Notes: a model not told the origin generated them from the sequence alone. A stretch of DNA of 64,000 bases from Gammaproteobacteria bacterium (GCA_965205685.1 OZ242174.1:141406-205405), one strand, 5' to 3'. Counted from the first letter of the stretch, positions 1 through 10,052 are shown. Numbers and translations are program-made.

Positions 1-1025
1 AGTTTCAATGCGGTGTTGTCCTTGAGAGGCAGGATGGTTTGTACAGAGCCCTTGCCAAATGAAGTGACTCCCAGGACCGTGGCACGGTCGTGGTCCTGCA
101 TGGCCCCTGCAACAATTTCCGAAGCGGATGCCGATCCCTGATTGATCAGCACCACCAGCGGAGCACCATCAAGCAAATCATTGGTGCTTGCAGAGTATTT
201 CAATTCCGAATCACCTGCTCGCCCCTTGATGTAAACGATCAGGGCATTATCCTGCAAAAAGACATCCGAGACTCCAACCGCACCGGTCAGCAGCCCGCCG
301 GGGTTGTTTCGCAAATCAAGTACCAGGCCCTTCAACTCGCCCTCGTTCTCCGTTTCCAGGTTCTCAATCGCTTCATGCAGCGCGCTCGTGGTCTTGGACT
401 GAAAATTTGAAATTCGCACATACCCGAAATCCGGCTCGAGCATCCGGCTGCGCACGCTGTGCACGCGAATCATGGCGCGCGTGATAGCCATCTGCAAAGG
501 CATATCTTCCCCTTCCCGCACGATGGTCAGCTCAATCGTCGAGCCGATCTTGCCACGCATGCGCCTGACGGCCTCTTGCAGGTCCAGTCCCTTCACCGAC
601 TCGCCGTCGAGCTTGATGATCAGATCGCCTGCCTGCACCCCGGCCTGTTGTGCCGGAGTATCATCAATCGGTGCGATCACCTTGATGAAGCCATTCTCCA
701 TCCCGACCTCGATGCCAAGCCCCCCAAACTCGCCCGTCGTGCCAATCTGAAGATCGTGAAACTGCTCCGCATCGAGAAAGGAGGAGTGCGAGTCAAGACC
801 GGACAACATGCCTCGGATCGCATTTTTCAAAAGTTCGTCGTCTTCGACCTCCGTCACGTATTCCTTTTTGATCCTCGCATAGACATCCGTAAACGTGCGC
901 AGCTCATCGAGCGGCAGCGAAGCTGCCTGTTCCTTGTCTGCCCACACGGTGTGCATCAGGCTGACAGGCAAGCTCAAGGCGATGCCCAGCATCAGTCCGA
1001 GTCCCAAGGAGGGTTTGAATTTCAT
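1..1025 (-). CDS. ctpA: Carboxyl-terminal processing protease (S41 peptidase), partial; C-terminus lies beyond the window start
   Basis: Minus-strand translation from the ATG at 1025 reads MKFKPSLGLGLMLGIAL... The S41 core LVVLINQGSASASEIVAGAMQDHDRATVLG reads off the reverse complement of nt 60-200. The gene is missing from the ORF track because it runs off the window edge. Confidence 0.75.
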   Translation of the reverse strand, partial: MKFKPSLGLGLMLGIALSLPVSLMHTVWADKEQAASLPLDELRTFTDVYARIKKEYVTEVEDDELLKNAIRGMLSGLDSHSSFLDAEQFHDLQIGTTGEFGGLGIEVGMENGFIKVIAPIDDTPAQQAGVQAGDLIIKLDGESVKGLDLQEAVRRMRGKIGSTIELTIVREGEDMPLQMAITRAMIRVHSVRSRMLEPDFGYVRISNFQSKTTSALHEAIENLETENEGELKGLVLDLRNNPGGLLTGAVGVSDVFLQDNALIVYIKGRAGDSELKYSASTNDLLDGAPLVVLINQGSASASEIVAGAMQDHDRATVLGVTSFGKGSVQTILPLKDNTALK

Positions 1026-1139
1026 TGCCGATCTCCGGAGTTTGATCCAGCTGTCCAATCATACCCCGATTTATGAGACGGAAAAGCCCGTTTACGAACA
1101 CCCGGATGCATGCAATGTGCGCTCATTGACTATGCAGGC

Positions 1140-2336
1140 TCAGCTGGTGCGCCCCGTCGGAGCCGGTTTCTTGCACCAGAGCTGGGGGTTCACAGGCTTG
1201 CCGTGCCTGCGGATCTCGAAATACAGGCCGGTACGGCCTTGCCCACCGCTGTTGCCCACGGAGGCGATGCGCTCGCCCGCCTTGACCCATTCGCCCGGCC
1301 GTTTGTACAGGCTCTGGCTGTGTCCGTACAAACTCATGTAGCCATTCCCGTGGTCAATGATCATCAACAGCCCCAGGCCGCGCATCCATTCCGCAAACAC
1401 CACTCGTCCATGAAAAATGTTGTACACATCATTACCGGCTTTGCCGGGGATAAACACGCCCTGCCAATACAGTGCACGGCGGGAAAAATTGCGTCTCTGG
1501 CCAAACCGGTTACTGGGTCGCCCGGCCACCGGCCAGAACAGCTTGCCTTTTTCCTTGCGAAAATCCTGGCCTTGGTCGATGTGAGGGATGTTGATCAGGG
1601 CTGCCTGCAGTTCATCCAGAAGTTCCTGAAGCTGCTGCCGGTCGATCTCGAGGTTGGCTAGCCGGGATTGTTCACCGGAAACACGTGCCTGCATGCGCTC
1701 AAGCACAAGTTTTCGCTTTGCCTGCTCCTGTCCGATTTCCTGTTTGCGGGCGGACAGCTCGGATTGTGTCTGGACAACCGACCTTTCCTTTTTTTCGATT
1801 TCATCCTGTACTTGGCCGATCTCCTGCAGAACCTTTCCGACAGCCTCGATCTCGTGCATGCGGGCTCGATGTAGGTAATCGTAGTACACCAGTGTCCGGC
1901 CCAGTGTTGCAGGTTCCTGCTGGTTGAGCAGCAACTTCAGTTTTTCCTGGCCTGCGTACAGATACTCGGATCTCACCTGCGCATGCAGGACATTGCGGTG
2001 CTGGGACAACTGCTTCTGCAGGCTCTGCTTTTTGGACTGCAGGGCACCAATCCTCTGGCGGTAATCTTTCAGCGCCACCTCAGCCTTGCCGAGTTGGCGG
2101 TTGAGCTGGCCGATGCGGCGTTCAAACTCGCGCAGTTCTGCCTCCAGCGCACCTGCCTCTCCACGGTGTTTCTCCATCCTGAGCTGGCTCGCTTGGATCT
2201 GGCTATGGACTCGGGCCAGTTTTTGCTCCACCTCCTGTTGTGAGGGAGCCGCGTACAGCGGCATGGTGAATGACGCCATGCAGACCGGTAAGGCAACAAA
2301 CAAGCAGCGCAGATTCAGGACATTTCTCAGCGGCAT
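1140..2336 (-). CDS. envC: Murein hydrolase activator EnvC-like protein (coiled coil + M23/LytM peptidase domain)
   Basis: 398 aa. The N-terminal half is a long coiled coil; the C-terminus carries an M23 domain (GIFIPGKAGNDV...HGNGYMSLYGH...GNSGGQ). It sits next to ctpA, as in many Proteobacteria. Confidence 0.8.
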   Translation of the reverse strand: MPLRNVLNLRCLFVALPVCMASFTMPLYAAPSQQEVEQKLARVHSQIQASQLRMEKHRGEAGALEAELREFERRIGQLNRQLGKAEVALKDYRQRIGALQSKKQSLQKQLSQHRNVLHAQVRSEYLYAGQEKLKLLLNQQEPATLGRTLVYYDYLHRARMHEIEAVGKVLQEIGQVQDEIEKKERSVVQTQSELSARKQEIGQEQAKRKLVLERMQARVSGEQSRLANLEIDRQQLQELLDELQAALINIPHIDQGQDFRKEKGKLFWPVAGRPSNRFGQRRNFSRRALYWQGVFIPGKAGNDVYNIFHGRVVFAEWMRGLGLLMIIDHGNGYMSLYGHSQSLYKRPGEWVKAGERIASVGNSGGQGRTGLYFEIRRHGKPVNPQLWCKKPAPTGRTS

Positions 2337-2445
2337 GCCCGTTCCCGGTTCAGGGGTTTCATTAATGTATTAGACATTTATAATATTAGCTTATACTATA
2401 TATCCATAAGTAAATTTGGAAGCAGTATCCTGCTGAACCCGCATC

Positions 2446-2766
2446 GTGAGCATCAGCGCTGAAGAACTCCTTCATCGGGAAAAAGACATCGAGCAAGCCT
2501 CCAGGTCGCTCAAGGCCATGTCGCATCCATTGCGACTGAAAATCCTTTGTGTCCTTGGCAAACGCGAGATCAGCGTGCAGGAAATCGTCAGCAGCGTAGG
2601 TACCTCCCAGAGTAACATATCGCAGCATTTGGCCATCTTGCGTGATAAAGGTATATTGGCGACCCGGAAAGACGCCAACCGGGTCTACTACCGGGTAGAA
2701 GATGAGCGAACGCTGAAGTTGATTGAAATGATGCAGCAGGTATTTTGCTCGGTCCAACACTCCTGA
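2446..2766 (+). CDS. ArsR/SmtB-family transcriptional regulator
   Basis: 106 aa with a winged HTH (LKAMSHPLRLKILCVL...ISVQEIVSSVGTSQSNISQHLAILRDKGIL), typical of ArsR. Confidence 0.8.
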   Translation: MSISAEELLHREKDIEQASRSLKAMSHPLRLKILCVLGKREISVQEIVSSVGTSQSNISQHLAILRDKGILATRKDANRVYYRVEDERTLKLIEMMQQVFCSVQHS

Positions 2767-2855
2767 GTATCAAGCCCGCAGGTGCCATATTCGTTTAGAC
2801 GGGTACTCCAAGCAACAGCCATCGATTCGGTTGCAGCAACCAGACAAACACCGCA

Positions 2856-3281
2856 ATGGAAGAATTTACAGATTTTGCAATCAGGAATTATCACCTGTTC
2901 ATTGCCCTAGGGGTCGTGCTGGGCATGATCCTCTGGGTCGAGATCAGGCGTGCGACCAAGGGATATAAGGAAATCACTCCAGCGGAAGCGGTCACCCTGA
3001 TCAACCGGGAAGATGCGCTCGTGCTGGATGTGCGCGAGGCCAATGAGTTGGGCCAGGGCAGTATCATCAACGCCAAGCATGTAGCGCTCAGCGGGCTCAA
3101 GCAAAAAGCGGAGGAGCTTGCCAAAAACAAGGATCAGCCCGTGCTGGTGTTTTGCAAAACGGGATTGCGTTCATCGCAGGCCTGCAAGGTCCTGACAGGA
3201 CACAGCTATACCCAGGTGTTCGGCTTGAAGGGTGGCATCACGGCATGGATGAACGATCAACTTCCGGTAGTCAAGAAATGA
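2856..3281 (+). CDS. Membrane-anchored rhodanese-domain (sulfurtransferase) protein
   Basis: N-terminal TM helix followed by a rhodanese fold with the active-site loop VFCKTGLRSSQA. It follows the ArsR gene, a pairing like E. coli YgaV/YgaP. Confidence 0.75.
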   Translation: MEEFTDFAIRNYHLFIALGVVLGMILWVEIRRATKGYKEITPAEAVTLINREDALVLDVREANELGQGSIINAKHVALSGLKQKAEELAKNKDQPVLVFCKTGLRSSQACKVLTGHSYTQVFGLKGGITAWMNDQLPVVKK

Positions 3282-3535
3282 GTACAAGCGAGGTTGTCAT
3301 CTATTCCGGCAACCGCTGCGCATATTGCAATGCGGCAAAGCGTTTGCTCGACAGCAAGAATGTCAGCTATACGGAAATCAATGTCGATGAAGACCCGGCC
3401 CGTCGCGAAGAGATGATGAGGCGTACACAACGCCAGACGGTGCCGCAGATCTTTATCGGCGAACAGCATGTAGGCGGCTTTGACGATCTCTCCGAACTCA
3501 ACCAGTCCGGCGGGCTGGATGAGTTGCTGGCCTAA
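3278..3535 (+). CDS. grxC: Glutaredoxin (Grx3-like, CAYC active site)
   Basis: MSTSEVVIYSGNRCAYCNAAKRLL...TVPQIFIGEQHVGGFDDL. The start forms an ATGA overlap with the rhodanese stop. The upstream part of the ORF-track ORF (from 3152) overlaps the rhodanese gene out of frame and was trimmed. Confidence 0.8.
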   Translation: MSTSEVVIYSGNRCAYCNAAKRLLDSKNVSYTEINVDEDPARREEMMRRTQRQTVPQIFIGEQHVGGFDDLSELNQSGGLDELLA

Positions 3536-3587
3536 TGAAAAATGCCGTTGACATCACCGGATGATGTAAAACCCTTTTTGATCTCTC

Positions 3588-4052
3588 ATGACCGCGGAAA
3601 CGGATCAAAAATTCGAGATTCAAAAAATTTACCTCAAAGATGTCTCCTTTGAGAATCCTGTTTCTCCCAAGGTATTCACCGAAAAATGGAACCCGCAGAC
3701 CGACGTCCATATCCAGTCGGAAACCGCCAAGTTGGGTGAGCATGTTTTTGAGGTCTGCATCACCATCCAGGTCACTGCAGTCCAGGAAGAGAGCACCGCA
3801 TTTCTGGTCGAGGTCAAGCAGGCGGGTATCTTCCTGATCAAGAATTTCAAAAAAGACCAGCACAGCCAGTTGCTGGGCAGTCACTGTCCCAATGTGCTGT
3901 TTCCCTTTGCCCGTGAAACCATAGCTGAACTGGTCTCAAAAGGAGGCTTTCCACAACTGCTGCTGAACCCGGTGAATTTTGAAGCCCTGTATCAGCAGCA
4001 CCTGAAGGCCCAGAAAGAACAGAAATCCAGCCCCGATCAAACCAAACACTGA
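3588..4052 (+). CDS. secB: Protein-export chaperone SecB
   Basis: 154 aa with the characteristic SecB sequence (FEIQKIYLKDVSFENP...). The grxC-secB-gpsA order is conserved. Confidence 0.9.
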   Translation: MTAETDQKFEIQKIYLKDVSFENPVSPKVFTEKWNPQTDVHIQSETAKLGEHVFEVCITIQVTAVQEESTAFLVEVKQAGIFLIKNFKKDQHSQLLGSHCPNVLFPFARETIAELVSKGGFPQLLLNPVNFEALYQQHLKAQKEQKSSPDQTKH

Positions 4053-4059
4053 TATATCC

Positions 4060-5055
4060 ATGGCTATCGCTGCAGTATTGGGTGCGGGCTCCTGGGGGAC
4101 TGCACTTGCCCTTCAACTGGCCAGGAACCAGCACAGTGTACAGATATGGGACTGCGACACCGACCTGATCGACACCCTGCAGACCCGAGGCTGCAACCTG
4201 CGGTATCTGCCGGATCACCCGTTGCCGGACTCTCTCTCGGCGCACCATGATTTGGCCGATGCCCTTGCGCATGCTGATTTTGTTCTGGTGGCGGCCCCGA
4301 GTTATGCCATGCGCAGCGTCTGCGATCAGATCGTGGGGTTGCGTTTTCCGGAGAAGCTGGTCTGGGCCACGAAGGGCTTCGAGAAAGCCAGCGGCCTGAT
4401 GATGCACGAGGTGGTGGCCCAGGTGCTGGGAGACAAGATCAAGAAAGCGGTCCTGTCCGGGCCGTCTTTTGCCGGCGAAGTTGCCAGCCAGTTGCCGGCC
4501 GCAGTGACCCTGGCATCCGAGGAGCCGGACTGCGCCGAAGAACTGGCGGGCTATTTTCACAGCAGCAGCTTTCGTGTCTACACCAGCGGCGACGTTATCG
4601 GTGTCGAATTGGGTGGTACAATCAAGAACGTGCTGGCCATCGCCGCCGGCATTGCCGACGGGTTTGGTTTTGGTGCCAACGCACGTGCCGCACTGGTCAC
4701 CCGTGGACTTGCTGAAATGATGCGACTCGGGCAAAAACTGGGGGCTGAGCGGACGACCCTGATGGGGCTTGCAGGCGTCGGTGACCTGGTACTTACCTGC
4801 ACCGACGATCAGTCCCGGAACCGCCGCCTCGGGCTGGCCCTTGCACGCGGGAAAACTGCACAGCAGTACATGGAAGAGCTGGGACAGGCGGTTGAAGGGT
4901 TTCATGCTGCCCAAGTCGTACACCGGATTGCACAGGACCACCAGGTGGACATGCCGATCTGCACACAGGTGTGGCGCGTACTGAACGGCGATGCCGTGCT
5001 GGAAACAGCCGTGTCGGAACTGCTGAGCCGTGACATGAAAGTCGAGCTTGCATGA
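4060..5055 (+). CDS. gpsA: NAD(P)H-dependent glycerol-3-phosphate dehydrogenase
   Basis: 331 aa with an N-terminal Rossmann motif (AVLGAGSWGTALA) and GpsA-typical sequence throughout. Confidence 0.9.
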   Translation: MAIAAVLGAGSWGTALALQLARNQHSVQIWDCDTDLIDTLQTRGCNLRYLPDHPLPDSLSAHHDLADALAHADFVLVAAPSYAMRSVCDQIVGLRFPEKLVWATKGFEKASGLMMHEVVAQVLGDKIKKAVLSGPSFAGEVASQLPAAVTLASEEPDCAEELAGYFHSSSFRVYTSGDVIGVELGGTIKNVLAIAAGIADGFGFGANARAALVTRGLAEMMRLGQKLGAERTTLMGLAGVGDLVLTCTDDQSRNRRLGLALARGKTAQQYMEELGQAVEGFHAAQVVHRIAQDHQVDMPICTQVWRVLNGDAVLETAVSELLSRDMKVELA

Positions 5056-5122
5056 ACGGGGGACCGGTGCAGGCATGCAACGCGCAGGTGTCGGTAGAGC
5101 CATGTAACTCTGGTCTTCAGAT

Positions 5123-6079
5123 ATGAGCGACGATCACAGACTCAAGGTGGATTTTTGCGGCCTGCAGTTTTCCTCCCCCCTAGTGCTGCTGTCAGGCTGT
5201 GTCGGCTTCGGCGAGGAGTACACCCGCATCCAGGGGTTTTCCAACCGGGACGTGGGCGCCATCTGCCTGAAAGGCACGACGCTTGAGCCGCGTCTTGGCA
5301 ATGCACCACACCGCCTGGCCGAAACCGCCGACGGGATGCTCAATGCCATTGGCCTGCAAAACCCCGGTGTGGATGTCATCGTGCAAGAGATTCTGCCCAG
5401 CCTCGATTTCTCGCAAACCCGTTTCATTGCCAATGTATCCGGCTCCACCGTAGAGGAGTACCGGGAGGTAACGCGCAGATTTGACAACTCCCCGATCGAT
5501 GCAATTGAAATCAACATTTCGTGCCCGAACGTAAAGGAAGGCGGGGTAGCCTTCGGCAATGATCCGGAGATGTCGGCACGCGTGGTAGACGCCTGCCGTG
5601 CCGTTACCCAAAAACCGATCATCACCAAGCTCTCACCAAACCAGACGGACATCCGGCACAATGCAAAACGCTGCATTGAGGCCGGCAGCGATGCCTTTGC
5701 CGTGATCAACACAGTCATGGGCATGGCCATCGATGTCGAAACCCGCCAACCCGTACTGCACAACAACCAGGGGGGATTGTCCGGTCCTGCAATCAAGCCG
5801 ATTGCGTTACTCAAAGTGCACGAGGTGTACCAGGTCTGCAAGCCTCACAAGATCCCCATCATTGGGCAGGGCGGCATCGTCAGTGCCAGCGACGCAATCG
5901 AATTCCTGATTGCAGGAGCCACCGCCATTGGTCTGGGCACGGGTCTTTTTTACAATCCTCTTTGTTGTCAGGAAATCAATCACGGCATTGCCGAATACCT
6001 TGACAATACCGGTCTGTCGCATATCAATGCAGTGACCGGAAGCCTGGAGATGCACACCGACACATCGGATTACACCTGA
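5123..6079 (+). CDS. Class-1 dihydroorotate dehydrogenase family protein (DHOD / dihydropyrimidine dehydrogenase-like catalytic subunit)
   Basis: 318 aa TIM-barrel flavoprotein. It has the class-1 active-site Cys motif NISCPN and FMN-binding motifs (GLQNPG, IIGQGGI). Confidence 0.65.
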   Translation: MSDDHRLKVDFCGLQFSSPLVLLSGCVGFGEEYTRIQGFSNRDVGAICLKGTTLEPRLGNAPHRLAETADGMLNAIGLQNPGVDVIVQEILPSLDFSQTRFIANVSGSTVEEYREVTRRFDNSPIDAIEINISCPNVKEGGVAFGNDPEMSARVVDACRAVTQKPIITKLSPNQTDIRHNAKRCIEAGSDAFAVINTVMGMAIDVETRQPVLHNNQGGLSGPAIKPIALLKVHEVYQVCKPHKIPIIGQGGIVSASDAIEFLIAGATAIGLGTGLFYNPLCCQEINHGIAEYLDNTGLSHINAVTGSLEMHTDTSDYT

Positions 6080-6174
6080 GTGTTTTGGCCCGGCAGGCGT
6101 CCGGGGGTGTGACCGAAGGACATCAACCTCAGCAAAAATGTGGACGCGCTGTAATGTGAAGGTTCCTCTCTGTT

Positions 6175-6191
6175 AAGATATAATATATCTT
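6175..6191. promoter_or_regulatory. Putative Zur box (AT-rich perfect palindrome AAGATATAaTATATCTT) upstream of znuA
   Basis: A 17-bp perfect palindrome with an ATAATAT core sits 55-70 bp upstream of the znuA start. It resembles the Zur operators of Proteobacteria. Confidence 0.4.
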
Positions 6192-6245
6192 TTTTGAGCC
6201 TGATGCGCCCATGAGCTTGCTTGCAGCAAGCAACTTCGAATTCAG

Positions 6246-7310
6246 GTGCCTTGGGCGACCATCAGGAGGCAGGTGTCTGTGACCACGGATTACTCACCCC
6301 TTGCATTGTTGCAGTCACGCTGCATGCTTGTCATGGTTGCGGTACTGGGCTGTTTGATTTCCTTTCCTGCGACAGCTGAGGGGATGGACAGGGTTATTAC
6401 CTCGATCAAACCGGTGCATTCCCTGGTGAGTGCTGTCATGGCCGGAGTGGGTGAGCCCTATCTGATGGTGCAGGGGACCGCATCGCCCCATACTTTCAGC
6501 CTGCGTCCTTCGGATGCGGTGAAGCTTGAGAATGCCCAGATCATCTTTCTGGTTGACAGGTCCATAGAGGCATCTCTTGTCAAACCGGCCCACACACTCG
6601 GGGGTAACGCCCGTATCGTCATGCTGTCTGAAACAAAGGGACTTGTACTGAGAAAATTTCGCGAGGACGGTGCTTTCGAGACCCATAGCCATGAAACCGA
6701 TCATGCTCATGAACACCATGAAGACGCGGGACATCATGCAGGCCATGGAATTGCGCACGAAAAGGACCCTCACCCTGCCGAAGGCCCTTATGACATGCAC
6801 GTCTGGCTTGATCCGGAAAATGCCGGCGTGATGGTACGCAAAATTGCTGAAGTCCTGTCCGAGGCAGACCCCGACAACGCTGCAGTTTATGCAGCCAACG
6901 CCCGCACACTGCAACACCGGCTTGACGAACTGACTGCGAAGATCACCACAGACCTGATACCCGTACGTGACAAATCTTTTATCCTGCTCCACGACGCTTA
7001 CCAGTATTTCGAGGCACGCTTTGGCCTGAGCGCATCTGGCTCGGTCATGGTCGACCCCGAACATGCGCCCAGTGCCCAGCGCATACAGAAACTTCGCAAC
7101 AAAGTGCAGGAATTGGGTGCGGTCTGTGTATTTTCCGAACCCCAGTTTGGCTCGCGCCTGATCGAGGTCATCACTGAGAACACGCAGGCCCGTGTCGGTG
7201 TTCTAGATCCTCTGGGGGCAACGATTGAGGCGGGGCCCGAAGCCTACTTCACACTTTTGCACGATCTCGCGACATCGTTCAGGGAGTGCCTGGCTCCTGC
7301 AGATCACTGA
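6246..7310 (+). CDS. znuA: Zinc ABC transporter periplasmic substrate-binding protein ZnuA (His-rich loop)
   Basis: Signal peptide, then the ZnuA/TroA fold, with a His/Asp/Glu-rich loop (HSHETDHAHEHHEDAGHHAGHGIAHE). No znuB/znuC is adjacent. Confidence 0.8.
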   Translation: MPWATIRRQVSVTTDYSPLALLQSRCMLVMVAVLGCLISFPATAEGMDRVITSIKPVHSLVSAVMAGVGEPYLMVQGTASPHTFSLRPSDAVKLENAQIIFLVDRSIEASLVKPAHTLGGNARIVMLSETKGLVLRKFREDGAFETHSHETDHAHEHHEDAGHHAGHGIAHEKDPHPAEGPYDMHVWLDPENAGVMVRKIAEVLSEADPDNAAVYAANARTLQHRLDELTAKITTDLIPVRDKSFILLHDAYQYFEARFGLSASGSVMVDPEHAPSAQRIQKLRNKVQELGAVCVFSEPQFGSRLIEVITENTQARVGVLDPLGATIEAGPEAYFTLLHDLATSFRECLAPADH

Positions 7311-8707
7311 GCCTTGTCAAACAGTCCAAGTTCCTGGATCTTTCGGGTCAGTGTATTTCTTCCCCAGCCCAGAAGCTTGGCTGCTTTCTGGCGTCGACCC
7401 CCGGTTTTTTTCATGGCCGCCTTGATCATGATCGATTCGAATTCAGGCAAGGCCTGGTTCCAGATAGCACTGCTGCCTTTGGAAAATTCCTTGTCGGCCC
7501 AGTCACGCAACAGGCTTTGCCAGTTCACCGTATCGGCAATTTCATCCTTGAGCATGTCCACAGGCAAATCCTGCATGTGAATCTCATTGCCTGCGGCCAT
7601 CACGGTCAGCCATCGGCACACATTCTCCAGTTGTCTGACATTGCCCGGCCATTGCAGGGTGCACAGGTGCTCAACAACCTCATCCGTCAACTGTTTCGGC
7701 TCGGTGTCCAGTTCTCTTGCGGAACTTTGCATGAAGTGCTGCAACAAGACCGGAATGTCCTCGCTGCGCTCAGGCAGGGAAGGGATGCTGATGCGAATCA
7801 CATTGAGACGATGGAACAGGTCTTCACGAAACTCGCCTTTGCGGACACGGCCTTCCAGGTCCTGATGTGTCGCGGCAATGATCCGGACATCGGCCTGGAT
7901 CGGATCATGGCCTCCGATTCGGTAAAAATGCCCGTCCGACAGGATACGCAGCAACCGGGTTTGCAGATCGGCTGGCATGTCCCCGATTTCATCCAGAAAC
8001 AAGGTCCCCTTGTGGGCCTGCTCAAAGCGCCCCTTGCGCATCGCAAGGGCTCCCGTGAACACGCCCTTTTCATGGCCAAACAGTTCGGCCTCGAGCAGGT
8101 CGCGCGGGATCGCGGCCATATTCAGGGCGATAAAGGGTCCGATCGACCGCGGACTGTGTTCATGTAACTCCTGGGCAACCAGTTCTTTTCCCGTACCCGA
8201 TGCCCCGTTGATGAGCACCGTCATGCTGGAGTTCGACAATCGTCCAATGGCGCGAAATACTTCCTGCATGGCGGGTGATTTGCCGATGATCCTGACCGGC
8301 GGTTCCACCGCCGCACTGTGCGCCGGCGCAGACCCGCTGCCCGCTGCAAGGCAGGCGCGGCGGGCAAGCTCGATGGCCTCGTCGACATCAAAGGGCTTGG
8401 GCAAGTAATCGAACGCACCCTTTTCGTAGGCACCGACCGCGCTCTGCAGATCCGAGTGGGCAGTCATGATGATAATCGGCAGCATCGGATGTTCCGCCTT
8501 GATCCGTTCCAGAAATTCAAAACCGTCCATCCCGGGCATGCGCACATCCGTGAGGATTGCGGTGGGCACATGATGTTCCAGCGTGTGCAACGCTGCCGCT
8601 GCAGACTCGAATGCCGTCACAGGTATGCCGGCCTTCTCAAATGCGCGCTCAAGCACCCAGCGCATGGCTTGATCGTCATCAACAATCCAGACATTGGCAT
8701 CATTCAT
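7304..8707 (-). CDS. glnG: Nitrogen regulation protein NR(I), sigma-54-dependent response regulator NtrC
   Basis: 467 aa: a receiver domain (VWIVDDDQAMRWVLE...), an AAA+ sigma-54 activator domain (GESGTGKE-like, GAFTGA) and a C-terminal Fis-type HTH. It follows ntrB. Confidence 0.9.
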   Translation of the reverse strand: MNDANVWIVDDDQAMRWVLERAFEKAGIPVTAFESAAAALHTLEHHVPTAILTDVRMPGMDGFEFLERIKAEHPMLPIIIMTAHSDLQSAVGAYEKGAFDYLPKPFDVDEAIELARRACLAAGSGSAPAHSAAVEPPVRIIGKSPAMQEVFRAIGRLSNSSMTVLINGASGTGKELVAQELHEHSPRSIGPFIALNMAAIPRDLLEAELFGHEKGVFTGALAMRKGRFEQAHKGTLFLDEIGDMPADLQTRLLRILSDGHFYRIGGHDPIQADVRIIAATHQDLEGRVRKGEFREDLFHRLNVIRISIPSLPERSEDIPVLLQHFMQSSARELDTEPKQLTDEVVEHLCTLQWPGNVRQLENVCRWLTVMAAGNEIHMQDLPVDMLKDEIADTVNWQSLLRDWADKEFSKGSSAIWNQALPEFESIMIKAAMKKTGGRRQKAAKLLGWGRNTLTRKIQELGLFDKAQ

Positions 8708-8733
8708 AGCATCTCTTCCTAATTGTTAGGCAT

Positions 8734-9852
8734 TTAATATCCGGTGCCGTTCAACGGCAGCAAAATACGAAACTCCGTCAGGCCGGGATCGGAATCAAAC
8801 TCGATCAGGCCCCCATGCAAGTGCACCAGACTTTGTGCAAGCGGCAGGCCGAGGCCGGTACCCTCGGCACTTCCCGAGATCATCGGGAAAAAAATCTGCG
8901 GTTTCAGATCTTCAGGAATGCCGCAACCGTTATCCGTCACACTGATCAGGACGGCCAGTCGATGACAGGTTTCACCGATTGTGATTTGCCGCAACACCCG
9001 GGTCTTGAGGCTGACCTCTCCCTGCAGCTCCACGGCACGGACTGCATTTCCAACGATGTTCAGTATCGCCTGGACCAGCAGGTCGTAATCGGCATGCAAC
9101 GGCGGGATGCTGGGATCGTAATCCGTCCTGATGACAATGTCGTCCGAGAGTTCCGCCACTGCAAGACGACGGACATGTTCAAGCACGTTGTGAACATTCA
9201 GTTCCTGTTTCTCGGGTGTGACCTTGGGCTCGAACATGCTGTCAACCAGTTTGCGCAGGCGGTCGGCTTCACCGATGATGACGTCCGTATACATCTGCAG
9301 ACGTTCTTCGCCCAGTTCCTTGGCCAGCAACTGTGCTGCACCGCGCAGCCCGCCCAGCGGGTTTTTGATTTCATGGGCCAGACCACGCAGCATGTTCCGG
9401 GTAGCCAGATTCTCAGACAGCAGATGTTCTTCCCTGGAGATCCGGATCAGATGATCGATACAGGTGATCTCAAGCAGGCATTCCACCGTGTCACCCATGG
9501 CCAGCGGCGTGATGGTGCAGTTGATGGTGATCTCGTCCGCACCCGGGCGGCGCACGCAGACTTCATGCTCGGTGACCGGATTCCCGGTGGCGATGGAGCG
9601 CCGGATGTGTGCAATAAAATCCCCGCCGGCATCCTGGATAAAACCGGTAAGCGGTCGACCGAGCGCATGCCGTACTCCAGTGCCCAGACACTCCTCTCCC
9701 GCGGGATTGAGATAGCGGATGCGCAGGTCCTGATCGACCAGAACGATCGCCAGCGTCAGATTTTCAATGATTCCCCGTATATCCATGGCAAGTGCGTGAC
9801 TAATGTTCAGCGCCTGTCCCATGCATTCACGAAAGGACAGGCTACCCTTCAA
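8734..9852 (-). CDS. glnL: Nitrogen regulation sensor histidine kinase NtrB
   Basis: PAS domain, an H-box (HEIKNPLGGLRGAAQLL) and an HATPase domain. It lies in the glnA-ntrB-ntrC order. The start may be one of several N-terminal Met codons. Confidence 0.85.
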   Translation of the reverse strand: MKGSLSFRECMGQALNISHALAMDIRGIIENLTLAIVLVDQDLRIRYLNPAGEECLGTGVRHALGRPLTGFIQDAGGDFIAHIRRSIATGNPVTEHEVCVRRPGADEITINCTITPLAMGDTVECLLEITCIDHLIRISREEHLLSENLATRNMLRGLAHEIKNPLGGLRGAAQLLAKELGEERLQMYTDVIIGEADRLRKLVDSMFEPKVTPEKQELNVHNVLEHVRRLAVAELSDDIVIRTDYDPSIPPLHADYDLLVQAILNIVGNAVRAVELQGEVSLKTRVLRQITIGETCHRLAVLISVTDNGCGIPEDLKPQIFFPMISGSAEGTGLGLPLAQSLVHLHGGLIEFDSDPGLTEFRILLPLNGTGY

Positions 9853-10052
9853 CTACCGTGCAATTTTCAGTCCAACCCCGCTGACTGCGGATTTCATGAA
9901 CCGGGACCGCTCAGCCAGGATAAAATGCACCAGATAAGTGCATATCTGCCTGAATCATACGCTCCCGTGCGCCAAAGAGCATCTCGAAAATCGGAAATAT
10001 GGTCAAGAATAGGGCACTGTTACACCAGTCAATTCCTAGGCATCCAACAAAA

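Noticed and set aside
3847-5103. 418-aa minus-strand ORF
   Set aside because: Antisense to gpsA, which is unambiguous.
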